Assembly: GCF_037042905.1 (NCBI RefSeq)
Contig: NC_087252.1
Location: forward strand, 9,302,001-9,366,000
Direction: 5' to 3'
Origin: Lytechinus pictus
Lineage: Eukaryota
DNA length: 64,000 bases
This document shows, piece by piece, positions 1 through 12,402 of the stretch. Each line of letters starts with the position of its first letter. The first letter of the stretch is position 1. A program made the position numbers and the translations under genes. The notes under the pieces were generated by a model. It saw nothing but the letters and a program-made list of their open reading frames with translations, made no database searches and was not told the origin of the DNA.

Positions 1-370
1 AAGTGTTAAATGGTTTGGCACCAAAATATCTACAAGACCTTGTCACGCCTTATGCACCAGCTCGTAGCTTGAGATCATCAAACCAGCAACTTCTTAAGAC
101 TCCTAAGACACGTGTAGCATATGGTGCTCGAGCTTTCTCTGCCTCAGCACCTTCTCTTTGGAATAATTTTCCATTAAATTTAAGAATTATACAATCACTG
201 GAGACCTTCAAATCCTAATTGAAGTCTTATCTTTTCTAACAGTATTAGTTATTGGCACTTTGACACTCATCCAAACTTTCTCATTCTTTCTTTTCTTGTG
301 CGCCTCGGAATAGAATATTTCTAGATAGATGGCGCTATATAAATGCCTATTATTATTATAATTATTATTA
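1..370 (+). mobile_element. 3' end of an L2/CR1-group LINE (ORF2 C-terminus, 3' stem-loop, (TAT)n tail)
   Basis: ORF 3-218 LNGLAPKYLQDL..RSLRSS..GARAFSASAPSLWNNFP..FKS is the typical L2/CR1 ORF2 end. It is followed by a GCGCC..GGCGCTATATAAAT stem-loop and an (ATT)n tail at ~348-370. Confidence 0.88.
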
Positions 371-1677
371 CATGTGAATACCTATATATGAGGCTGGTTA
401 CTGGTTATGTCGCACTATAATGTATATATGTAAATAGGGAGGGGAAAAAAGAGAATTAAAAAAAAAAAAAAATTCATATCTGGAGATTCTATTGGGTATT
501 CCATATAAATACCATTTTCTTTCTTCTTCTGTTTCAATATTTTTACTGGTTTTTTTTTAATAAACCGAAGATATGGAGTAAGGAGCGCTTATAAATGCTT
601 TCGAAAGACACAATATTAAAACCAATAAACTAACACCCACATCCATGAAAGGAAAACATAAGCAACGAGTATCAACTGTTAAATCTAACAAACGATGTTT
701 AAACAAAATACTCATAAGATTTGAATACTACACAACGCCTTTCCTCGGTGAATCTCACGAACGACGAGAGCTGTACAGGGGAGGGTGGAATCCCTCTCGC
801 TTAGCCTGGCGGAAATCATCGTATATCGATGGATAGCGCCACCTCCACACTAAATCAACCAACCAACCGGCATGCTAAAGACCCGATCGATAGCTCATGA
901 ATATTCATATAACAATAGCGAATTGGCGAGTAGCGTTGGGTGAGATACATTGTACAGCACTGTTATTGGTCAATTCCGAGCTGAATGCCTTCGCAAACTC
1001 ACCTTTGCTCTACCCATAGAAGTACGTGTATTGCTACACACAACCGTTATAAAACATGTGTCTATGGGGGAAATCTTGATTCAGATCGCGACAATATCCG
1101 AAAGCAACTCTCAAAATACTGATGCAAAAATACCATTTTACTCAATAAATGTCAATGTAAACCACTATTTTTGATATGATAAAATCAATTGTGGACTCCT
1201 TTCCAGTAGAACAACATGAAAAACACAAAATATGGGGTTTATTTTTTGGCTGTAAATTTGGTTAAAGGTAAATGCTAGTTTTGGTAACGTTATCAAAATG
1301 AGTTCGTACAGAATCCAATGAAATGACCACAAAAGTGTCTGTTTGTATAAATAAATCATATGTGCCAAAGGATTCTGGAAGAAATTGTGTAATTGCTGAG
1401 AAATCAGCAAATAAGCACAGGATTCGGGTCAAGCGTCGGGCACGACATTCAAAGCAATGATTATACACTGTCCCACGTGCGCTTATCTGTGTTGGCGATC
1501 TTCAGTGTGAACATTTTTCAGCGTAGATTTCAAGATTTCACAAAGTTCAGTTTATGTAGCTGTACCAGATATAGATCCTCGATGATATACTGACAAGCTT
1601 TATTTTACAGACTTTCTCATGAAATCAGTGTTTAATGCAATTACTGGCATTTCTCTTTAAACAAAAACAAGTTATTT

Positions 1678-1750
1678 GGGCAACTATAGGTGCCAATGGC
1701 ATTATAGAGTTAAGGGCACGTATAGCTGCCAACGGCACTTAAAGAGTTAA
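1678..1750. mobile_element. Two tandem piggyBac-like transposon right ends
   Basis: GGCAACTATAGGTGCCAATGGCATTATAGAG-TTAA is directly followed by GGGCACGTATAGCTGCCAACGGCACTTAAAGAG-TTAA. Both end in GAG+TTAA. No matching left end was found. Confidence 0.45.
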
Positions 1751-2879
1751 TCAGTGGAAGCAAATACTACATCGCTTTTTAATTTGCATTACATGGATAT
1801 GAAATTGGTCATAAGACACGATAGTTTAATTCAACAAGTTTCAACACCCAACAAAATTTATATTATTGAAACTATGTTTGGCAATTACAACTGTCATAAA
1901 TCAAATTAATCAGGGCAAGTAAAATTGATTACTCCACATTTGCACGTACGCCATTAAGTGTAAGAACAAGTTTTTCCGACCTTGGACTTTACTACATGTA
2001 CTTTTTCTAGATAATACAAACACGATATGCGAAGAAATGTGGAGACATAAACGTTCGTTTCAAACGGATCTCTTTTCAGCTTTCACCTCATGAAGTATTC
2101 TGTCAATTGCGCTCATAAACATTCATTACTTGTACATTATGAGATTTACGTCAATGAAAAGATATGCTTTCCTTCTTTCACTAAAAGCTCATCTAAACAT
2201 TCATAATGCACACATGACTGAATAAGAACAAAGGAGAATGGTGCTACCAAATTTCCATTTCACGAACTAAATAAGATTTTATGTGTCTTTCTGGCTTTTA
2301 CTGTTATCTATTCGGAAAACAATGTTCATAATTAAACATCAAGAGTTTACTTCTTTCCAAAGAGACCTTGTCCGTAAAATATGGTTAACGCATGCATGGT
2401 CGAGAAAAAGATGAATGAAGAAACGCTTGATTTCTACCTATTCGACAGATCATTGAAAAACAAGCATTTCAAACAAAGCGTCAGACAATTGGTTAACGGT
2501 GAATGCGTGGTGTGTGACTTTGTGGTTTTCATGAATGTTATGTTCGGATTCTTTCAAACTTGTAAAATATAAATAACACAAAGGATGATAAGATTAAGCT
2601 CCACTGTAAGTCACAACACCTAAAGGCACAGGGGCTTAATGCCTATTGTTCACTATTGCTGTGGTTCAGTTAACACCTCTGGCTAAGTTCATGCTGTGCA
2701 TTATCATGGCATCCAGTGTAGAATCAAATAAGAACTAGTCCCAAAAATGCTTCCACATTTATCTCAATGCTTCCGTTCAGATATTGACTCAAAATTGTCC
2801 TGCTCAATTCTGATAGTATGTTCAAATTATAGTTCAAAGTTGATATCCAATTAATGTGTAGAACATATAAAATAATGCT

Positions 2880-3077
2880 AAATTACTTATCAGACATCAC
2901 ACATCTTTGTCGCATGGCCAATTTAAGAATATCCATAACATTAGTGATCGCAATAATCAAATGCTCATAACTTTATCTATATATGTCCGATTTTTCTCCA
3001 ACTTTTGTTGATCTGTTTATTTGATCTTTCTGTTTTAACACAAGCTATATTGTTCCAAAGGTTTCATTGTCCTTTAC
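2880..3077. mobile_element. Degenerate right part of a Kolobok-like MITE
   Basis: CATAACTTT..TGTCCGATTT..AACTTT..TCTGTTTA..CCTTTA resembles the right part (5820-5949) of the intact TTAA-flanked MITE. Confidence 0.45.
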
Positions 3078-4239
3078 GTTCAAATGTCTCCTAAAACATT
3101 TTAGTTTTTACTTTACATTTCGCCCCCCCCCCCCCTCCGGAAAAAAAGGAACCGTATTGCAGAGTAACCTTTTTTTCCTTTTTTCCATCATGATAATAAA
3201 TTTGCCTTATGAGATCTACATCAATGAAAATAATTATAAGATTTCCCTTGGTAAGACCATGTCAGTATATACCACGTTGGCACAGCCACAAACATGACAA
3301 TGTAGTCATATTCTAAAGTTAGCTTCCCTTTAATATCCTTCAAAACTTGGAGGTATCTCAGTATTGGTGCTAGCTTGTAGCATATATTCAACAACTCTGT
3401 GTGAATCCTGTAGCAAATTACAAAATTTAAACAACAAAAACTCATACTCTTGTTCAAATACCAATTGTTCCTCTCACATAGTGTTACAATGGGTTATAAC
3501 CTTGGAAATTATATTCATTTCTCTTCCACCCTTCAATTGTAATGTGCCATTATTAATTACATCTTTATGCAAACACTTGTGCTTATCTTTATCATTAAAA
3601 CAAACGCTTCTTTTTCATTGAAATGTGTTTGAAATGTCATTTGTTTTGCTTCTGAAATTACACAAACATCTAATATTATCTATAATCAAACGGCACTATT
3701 TAGTTTCTTTTGTAAAGTGTTTAACAAAGTATCGTAATATTTGTCAAAAAACCCGACTTAATTGAAACTAACTTAAAGCCGAATCACCAAAGAATCATCA
3801 GAAAATATTCCTCCGCTTTGAAAATGTGCGCATTTAATTGTCCTTACAACTGCTGGGTTTGAATGTAATTAGCGTAAGAAAAATAGGTTTCATATTTAAC
3901 CTCTTAATTCATGAACTATTAAACCAAAATAACATATATGTGTTTTCAAATAATTGAAAAAATATCATGAGACACTTTGGTTTCTCTCATTTGCTTTGAA
4001 TAACATTTACAACAGATTTTCATGAATTAAACTTTCACTCAATACGCTGACATCTTGAATAAGTTTGTATTATTAAGTACGTAACTTTCCATAATCCATC
4101 TTATCAGACAGACCTAAAATTGACCCTAATCACCTCAAATACATTGAAGAAATACAGGAAATCAAGCATAAACTAACTGTAACATCAATCGAAAACAATT
4201 TAACATACCTTCAGTTTTGTATTAAAGATCGATTTATTG

Positions 4240-4446
4240 ATTTGTTGTTTATATGATTGACATTAATTACCTCTTAAAATTGTACACCTATATTCATACT
4301 TTATATTTAAATTGTGTACTTGTTTTATTTACGCTCTGTTTAAATTGTAAAACGCTTAGAAACTGTATTGTATTAAGCGCTACATAAAAGCTCCATAGTA
4401 TTATTATTATTATTATCATTATCATCATCATCATTATTATTATTAT
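4240..4446 (+). mobile_element. L2-type LINE 3' UTR remnant (second copy at ~12710-12916)
   Basis: AAACGCTTAGAAAC..TAAGCGCTACATAAA stem-loop followed by an (ATT/ATC)n tail. Confidence 0.6.
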
Positions 4447-5351
4447 CGACCAAGGTCGATGAACCTTCGACCGGTCTTGTTTACCTGTGACCTAGCTCTA
4501 ACCATGAAGGTGTAATTAGTCTAAACTCAAGTTCATGCAAGAAAAACAAATTATTTCGAAAAGCAACAATATTCTTTCATTTAAAGCTCATCTCAACGTT
4601 AATAATATATACATAACTGAGTTAGAACAAAGGAAATCGGTGCTATCAAATTACCATTTGCATGAGCATGATGAGGCAAATACGATTTTGTGAGTTTTTC
4701 TGTTATGTATTCGGAAAACAATGTTCATAATTACACAATAAGAGTTTACTTCTTTCATAACAGACCTTGTCCGTAAAATATGGTTACCGCATGGTCGAGA
4801 AAAAGATGAATGAATAAATGCTTGATTTCTACCTATTCGACAGATCATTGAAAACAAGCATTTCAAAAAAACGGCAGACAATTCGTTAACGGTGAATGCG
4901 TGGTGTGTGATTCTGTCGTTGGCTTGAATGTTATGTTCTGATTCTTTCAAACTTGTAAAACATAATTGAAAAAAAAATTGACTAGGCAGGGGCAGTAAAA
5001 TGTTACATGAGGATGACCCACCTAAAAACAACCTTCCCAGTCAAAAAAGGGTTTTTTCCTCTACACTTGTAAAAAATTATGCACCCACTTTCTGCTTCAC
5101 CCTCTCCCCTTGAAACATGTTCCGCCGCCGCTCTGAAATGACCCGACGAACGGAAAAACCGAGAGAAGTTTGAGATAAAAAAAAAATCCCATAGCAATAC
5201 ACTCCACACACTAAGAAATTTGGCCTCAATTTTACATTCCTCGGGGTGGACAGAATTGTTCCTATACGAGTACCCCTAGGAGTGCACGCATACACACAAA
5301 AGGGGGTGTACAGTGTGCTCCCCTACTTTTGGGTGTTTATCTGCACCTTAA

Positions 5352-5945
5352 AGGGGAATCCAACCCAAATAAAAACTTGTTTTTATAAGAAAAAGAAAAT
5401 TCAGACAAGTTGATAGGTGAAAGTTTGAACAATATTGGACAAACAACAAGAAAGTTATGAATTTTTAAAAGTTGTAAATATTGGTAATCACTTTACCCAT
5501 GGAGACTTCAAATTGGCCGCATATGGGATGTCATAGTGATGTAAGGCAAGGACTACTCTTCCAAGTACTCCAATACATATTATGGCTAAAATGTCATTTT
5601 TCCCAAAAGTTTTATTTCAAATTATATTTTTCTTTCATGAGGACATCAAACAATATACTACCTGGGTTATATTTAGATTACTGCCCCAGGGGAATGGGTA
5701 CGTAGCAGAAAACCACAAATCCTGATAATAAAGTACATGGCCTATGGGAAAGTTGTCCTTGCCCCTTGTCATAATTTACTTACCCAGTTGCCAATTTGAA
5801 ATCTACATACTATTAGTGATCTCAATTTTAAAGCAGCTATAACTTTCTTATTGTTTGTCCGATTTCTTTCAAACTTTCACCATTCTGTTTAATCTATTTT
5901 TCTCCTTCCCAACACAAAATGTTATGGCCAAGGCTAGATTCCCCT
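5352..5945. mobile_element. Kolobok-like MITE with TTAA TSD
   Basis: TTAA|AGGGGAATCCAACC ... GGCTAGATTCCCCT|TTAA. Absent from duplication copy 2. Confidence 0.85.
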
Positions 5946-5948
5946 TTA

Positions 5949-6833
5949 AGGCGGTTTTCCACTAGGGCGCGGACAAGACCAGGAAGGCTTGCTTAAGCAA
6001 CTTTTGTTAATTCGGCATGCTGTCCGCAACAAATCCCGAAAAAGATTATGCAAATGAACTCGTCCGAGGTCATAACCAGGACTGTCTGCGTTTTGTCCTA
6101 GGACATTCTTGGGAATGTCTTTTATTTTGCCCTTTTGTCGTCTTAAATTTTGATACGCTGCCTCTTTCTTTTTCTTTTCTTTTTACAATGACCATTGTTG
6201 GCTGCTTTCGTCAAATCGCTCACTTCATATCCGCACATTCCTGAAACATTCCGTTGCCTTCTTACTCCTGTCCGCGCATTCCTAACACATTCTACTTGCC
6301 TTCTTATTCTAGTCCGCATGTTCCTGACACATTCCGCATGTCATCATTCTTTGCTTTGTGAAGCTGACCTGATCGCGGATGGTTTCCGGAACACGCGGAA
6401 GGGTTTAGGAAGGGCTGGACATCATCAGGACATCGTCAGGACAGGGTCCCGAAGGTGTCAGGAATTCAAAATCCGCGTCCAAATTTTGGTCGAGACCAAA
6501 ATTTGGATGCGGACAAATTTTGATTTCCCGAACACCAGGAAGGGTTTAGGACAACGTGCGGACACCCCTAGGAATGTCCGGACAGGTTGCGGAAGGGTCG
6601 CGGATTACAATATTTTCATTCCGCGCCTTGTCCTGACGCTGTCCTGGCCATAGTGGAAAAGGGGTAAAATTGGATGCGGACAAATTTTGATTTCCCGAAC
6701 ACCAGGATGGGTTTAGGACAGCGTGCGGACACTCCCAGGAATGTCCGGACAGGTTGCGGAAGGGTCGCGGATTGCAATTATTACATTCCGCGCCTTGTCC
6801 TGACGCTGTCCTGGCCCTAGTGGAAAAGGGGTA
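5949..6833. mobile_element. PIF/Harbinger-type MITE with TTA TSD and a tandemly duplicated right end
   Basis: Ends are AGGCGGTTTTCCACTAGGG / CCCTAGTGGAAAAGGGGTA. The empty site CACC-TTA-GAGGGTG in copy 2 (~13813-13826) shows a TTA duplication. The ~168-bp right end occurs twice (~6498-6666, ~6667-6833). Confidence 0.8.
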
Positions 6834-9202
6834 TTAGAGGGTGTACACGTTTACGCCTTGGGGGGCATAATGTACCCTACATGAAATGACAAAAGATTGT
6901 CGAGACTTCCGGTCAATTCATTTTCTTTATTGAAATTTTAGTTACTTTAGTTGGGACTCGAACTTACCTCGTTTTATCCATAGTCAAGATTCTTCCCGCT
7001 ATGCCAGCGAGAAGCGCTGAGATTGGATGAGGTCCCTTAGCGATATGATCTGATTCTTTTTTTGACTTGTGATGATAGTTATGATTCAAGTGGATCTATT
7101 TCTTCAAATGTATACGTAATCAAAAGTGTTTTTTAAACAATTATCACATAAATATTAAATATTTATCAAATTATTTCACTTCGTTAAAGGGCGTCAGTGC
7201 ATTATTATTTCGGGTAATCTTCGTTCATAAATCAACTTTATCTATACCATACGTCTATCAGCGAGACTGATGGGTTGCGCGCAAAGGACAGGGGTGTATA
7301 ACAGACACGTACTCTCGCATATGAGCTAAGTTGCACATTGATGGTATCAAGGGGTGTACGCACTTATCGTACACTGTATTTGCACCGGGATTTCTTAGTG
7401 TGCAAGCTGGAGAAAACTCACGAAAGTTGCCTTCGATCAGAAAAGTGTCAAATAAATGACAACAATAAAGTGCTTTCCTTCCCCGGCATAAACATCATCC
7501 ACAGTAAGTCTATTGTCAGCTTCTTTTTTAGAAAAAACGGAATGATTGTCTTTAAACGATCCGTCGAATAGATAAAAATCAAGCATCTTTTTAATGCAAC
7601 TACTTCTACACCATGTGTTATTGATGTATTAGTAATTTGGTTTCATAAAGAATAAAAGACGAATATTCAAATTATAAACTTCGTTTTCAAAATAGGTAGA
7701 AGTAATTAAAAGCCAAGTAAAGGCAAGAAAAACTCGAAATCGTAATTTGGGAACGTTAAAAACACGTTTTTGACATGAGCCCCATGTTCATAACTTTCGC
7801 CTACTAGCTATCTGGATTCAACATGTTCAACAAATGTTACTACGTGCAGGTCTCCCCGACCCCCCCCCCCCTTCGAATCTTAACTGATGGGATCTTTTAC
7901 CATACAATGCAACTGGAATTTATTAGTATGTGATTTGTTTTTTGCTTAAATAAACCTATAAAAGTTCAATGATAAGATGATAAAATTATCTGTCATAAAT
8001 CCAGATTAATCAATGGAAGCAAATAGTACACCCCCTTTCAATTTGCATTATATGTAGATAAAATTGCTTTGTATGTACGACAGATTAAATCAACAAGTTT
8101 TAATATCTCATAAAGTTTAGATCATTGAAACTATTTCGGCAATTTCCGCTTTCATAAATGGGATTAATTGAAGGCAAGTAAATAGCAAATGATAAGCACC
8201 CATCTACGTTTGCACGCAAGCCATCATCTTGATGTAACCAATTTACGAGCAATTTCTTCCTGTTTTGGGACTTTACTACTTTTTTCCTAGTCTCATAAAA
8301 AAAAATTGTTTCAAACGCGCATGAGTACAGCTGCCATTAATAGGAATTGATCAATGGTAATGACGGATGCAAATAGTACACGCCTTCGTGTTCCTTAAAC
8401 TTCGCAACACCAACCCCATATTCCTTTCTTCTGAGTCAATCATGATTTAAGTTCAAATGTCTCCTTAAAACATTTTTTTTTTACTTAAAAAAAAGTTTTG
8501 AATTCCCCCCCCCCCTCCACAAAAAACACGAAACCGTAATGCAGAGTAGCCTTTTTCCATCGTAATGATAAATTTGCTTTATGAGATGTAGATCAATGAA
8601 AAGATATCATTTCATTTAAACCTCTTTTCAACGCTGATAATGCATACATAACTGAGTTAGAACAAAGGAAAATGGTGCTGCCAAATTCGATTTGTATGAG
8701 CCAAATACGGTTTTATATTTTGCCAGGCTTTTACTGCTATATATTGATAATGAAATAATGTTCATAATAAAACACCAGGTTATTACTTCTTTCATACAGT
8801 GCCGGCCGCGGGAAACGTCACGGTGTTTAGTCGAAACAAGACGTCTAAATTAACACATTCGTTCAAATCTGTATGTGATTTTCACTCCATATCAGGCATA
8901 GGTTTTCGAGGCCGATTTTCTCAATATTTATCGTGGATAAAATGTCTTGTAAAAATTAAAAAGACCTGGGGTGAAACTTGGATTTTAGTTATTTTTCACT
9001 GTTAAGGGCCCTTTCCTATTAATATTCTTCCCGTGGTCGTCCGTTATTTCATTCCTAATTAATCGTGATCGTAAATGAGTTTTTGATATCGGAGGTGGTA
9101 TTTGTCGATGTTGGCGCTACCTTTTCGGAGGTCGTCCTAGAACGATTTACTCTATTCTTTCCCTGCATGTTCATCCTTTATTTTATACCCTGATATATCG
9201 TT

Positions 9203-9768
9203 CAGGCGCGGATCCATGCAGATAAGGGGGAGGGTGAAGAAGAGAGCGAAAATGAAAGAAAAGGCAAAGAAGGAGGGATGGACGGAAGAAAAAAAGGAAA
9301 GAGATAGGGAAATAGAAAAAGTGAGAGAAGGGGAATAAGTGAAAAGAGAAGGGGAATGGGGAAAAGAGAAAATAGAGGGGGAGAAAAAAAACCGAAGAGG
9401 GGAAAGAAGGAAGGACAAAGAAAAGAAAGAATGAAAAGGTGGAATGGGAATGAGAAAGAAGGGGAAATTAAAAAAAAAGATGAAGATAATAGAAAGAGAA
9501 AACAGAGTGAAGGAAAAAGGCAAAGGTGAGATAGAGAGAAAAGACGGAAGGTGGAGGGTAATAAAAGGAAAGCCAGGAGAAAGAGAAGGGATAAGGGAAG
9601 GGAAATTAAAAAAGGAAGGGGAAAGGATATAAAGATACAATAGAGGGGAGAAAGGGTACCGAGGAGGATAAAGAGAGAGGGAAGGGGAGGAAAAAGAAAC
9701 GAAACAAAGAAAAGGAGAGAAAGGAGAAGGGATGCTACTATTCTCATCAAAATGCTGGAATCCCTCTT
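9203..9768. mobile_element. hAT-like MITE with purine-rich low-complexity interior (copy at ~16232-16796)
   Basis: Starts CAGGCGCGGATCC and ends with a degenerate GGAATCCCTCTTG. GA-rich interior. No clean TSD. Confidence 0.45.
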
Positions 9769-11396
9769 GAATTTTCCTTATTTTCTTCTCATTCCTCCTT
9801 TCCCTCTAACTATCTCTCTCTCTGGCTCCCGTCTTTTCCCGATCTTTATCCGTGGACGTTATTTTATATTTGCCTCTCGCCATCAGATTTTCTTTTAATT
9901 TCTCGTTTAGATTCACTCTCAATCCCTCAAACTATTTTTTTTCTCTCTTTCCAACATATAATGCCATGTATAGCTTTATTTAACTACATATCCATAGAAT
10001 ACAGGAAACTGTTGAGTCATTATTATATAGATATATACAGTATTTCCGATAGTGTTGCAGTATTTAGCTATATTTTTTTTTACTCAGTAAGGCAAATGCA
10101 TGATGATTGACATGCAGTGTTTCGACTCGGTACGTGCCGGAATGGGGCAGTCGTACTTGATCTTGGCTTGACTAACTCCTTTGTTCCCCCGGAAAGAATA
10201 AATTGCTATGTTTAATCATGGAACTATGAATAGGTCCAAGGTTTAATTATAGAGCCATATATGGTTTAATGGTTAGCTTGGGCGCGAGCAACCCCAACAC
10301 CCTTAACAAAAGAAAAGAATTGATAGTATAACTCCATTCTTACTTTGTCGGCAAGTGATAATTAACTAGTTACAGTAAGTAGTATATTTTATAAACCTCT
10401 CTTTAAGAATGTCAAATAATCCGTTCCTCTGATTGGTCAAAACTGAGGTCATGTATACGACCATGCCTTCAAAACAACAAACTAAGTTGGTAACCAAGGG
10501 CAACGGGCATAGTTAACAAGATTTCTGCCCGTTGCCCCCTGACCCGCCCCTTAACGATGGGCATAGCAACATTTGGCTGAAATCCCCATTTGATTGCATG
10601 CAAAATGTTGCTTTCTGCGTTGATTGCGGATACCATAAATATCCGCGCGATTTGATCGAAAGTTTTAGACAATTCGCGCATTTACGCGCTTATTGCGCAA
10701 GTGCGCGCAACGGATGTGACATATCGATGGAACGATGCCAATCTTTGACTTTTGCTTGTTAATTCCTGTTAAAATATGGCATTTATTGCAAAGAAAACTA
10801 ACTTATTAAGGACATAACAGATGTATCAATCAACATGTCTTGTTGCAGTTCGCTCAAATGCATGGTCGCAAAAGGTGAGTCGGGTGAAAAGATTAGACGG
10901 TCACTGCACTTTCTAAAAATAAACGTTAGGCCTACTCGTTCAACTTAACGTTAGGACAGGTACATGTAGGTATGACAAACGACAACGTTAGGACGGGTAG
11001 ATCTAATGTTAATTGACGTTAGTTAGCTTAGAAGTTAAGAGTAGACTCTAGATCTAAAGTTAGGACGTGCGTAGGTTTAGTCGACTAGATCTAACGTTAG
11101 ATTACACTTTAAATGGAGATTTAAGACTGAACTTTAGATCTAGCCTAGTAGAATCACTCTATTCAGAATCAGACCCTACTTTGGTTCCTAAAAATATCTA
11201 GCCTAGGCCTAACGTTAGTAGGGCCTATCGGTATGAACTGCTTTGATATTTTTGAGACCCAACGTTTGGGTCAGGGCTAAGTTAGGGCCTAGACCTAACG
11301 TTAGCTTGGGGCCAAGGCCAGGGGCAGGCTTTTAGATCTAGACCTAGACTAGGCCCTAACGTTAGATATAATGTTTAATAATTCGGTTCATAAAAT

Positions 11397-11545
11397 ATAT
11401 ATGGACTGCTTTTATATTCGAGACATGGTTGTTTCAATTCGGCTCGCGGGTACCGCATCGGCCAGACCATGCCCTCGGGCACAGTCGCGTTGCGGTCCCC
11501 TTGAGCCTCTAGAAACAACCATGCCTCTCAAAGCAGTCCATATAT
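11397..11545. repeat. 149-nt imperfect foldback (copy at 17346-17494)
   Basis: Nested stems ATATATGGACTGCTTT/AAAGCAGTCCATATAT, CATGGTTGTTTC/GAAACAACCATG, GGCTC/GAGCC, CCGCA/TGCGG and TGCCC-TC-GGGCA. Confidence 0.85.
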
Positions 11546-11857
11546 CTATAGTATGGCTTCCGAAGACACACACACTACTGATTGCGCATACGTTTAAACG
11601 TTAAGAGCAAAATATATCAAGAATTTGTCAATGGTAATCATATTTCGATCTGCCAAAAACCGCTGTCTTCAATATAATAACAAGTTGTGACTTGGTTTTA
11701 TTATTTATTTTATAAATTGAGCTCCCCTCACATTTCATACAATCTACATCAATCCTTTCCAGTGTGGTTCCATATACCATTGACCTAGAGTAGTAGTTCC
11801 GTGCATGTACAAATGTTGATATTTATATAAAAGCACAATCCATAGCTAGACATATAA

Positions 11858-12402
11858 CTAGATTTTAATTCGTCATGCGGACGAATTAGGTGGTCTGTCG
11901 TAGACAGACAAATACTAGTAGATAAACATACATAATTTTTTAACAAATGAGTAGATATAAGACTGAAAGATAAATAGACAGTCAGATAGACATATATATT
12001 TAAACAGATACACATAAGAAAGATAGATAAACATACATAATACTTGAAACACATAAATATATATTAAATTGAAAGATAAATGGATCGATAGACAGATAGA
12101 CAGATAGACAAATTCAAACAGATAGATATACGATAGACAGATAGATAGAACATAGCTAGATAGAAAATAGAAAGATAGAGAGACAGACATACAGATAGAG
12201 AGATAGAAAGAAAGATAGATAGTTAGATAAATATATCATGTAGGTAGGTAGATAGATAGATATAGATAAACAGATAGACAGACAGATATATAGATAGATA
12301 GAGAGAGAGAGAGAGAAAGAAAGAGCGAGAGACAGACAAATAGATTGATATAGAAAGATGGACATTTTCAAACAGATAGATATATATTAGAGAAATAGGT
12401 AG
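11858..12402 (-). mobile_element. Helentron-type non-autonomous element, 3' end only (cut by the duplication junction)
   Basis: The minus strand ends with subTIR GACAGACCACCTA, hairpin AATTCGTC-CGCAT-GACGAATT and ..CTAG|TT. Internal (GATA)n tract. Confidence 0.7.

Larger units (their letters stand above)
5207..7402. mobile_element. CACTA-like MITE hosting two nested MITEs (uninterrupted copy at ~13676-14386)
   Basis: Perfect 13-bp TIR CACACTAAGAAAT / ATTTCTTAGTGTG, flanked by CA on both sides. Confidence 0.6.
3936..12402 (+). repeat. Tandem segmental duplication, copy 1
   Basis: Near-identical, collinear match to 12403-18400 starting at ATATGTGTTTTCAAATA. Copy 1 has extra segments at ~5351-6836 and ~10193-11270. 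Confidence 0.95.

Noticed and set aside
4651..5031. 126-aa minus-strand ORF in the repeated module
   Set aside because: The frame is broken in the near-identical copy (13122-13503) and in the older copies, and there is no domain signature.
6195..6653. 152-aa ORF inside the Harbinger-type MITE
   Set aside because: No transposase motifs. It spans internal repeats of a non-autonomous element.
9152..9750. Long hydrophobic ORFs (also 16181-16550, 28531-29133, 11785-12435, 17734-18445)
   Set aside because: They arise from GA/CT-rich and (GATA)n low-complexity DNA.
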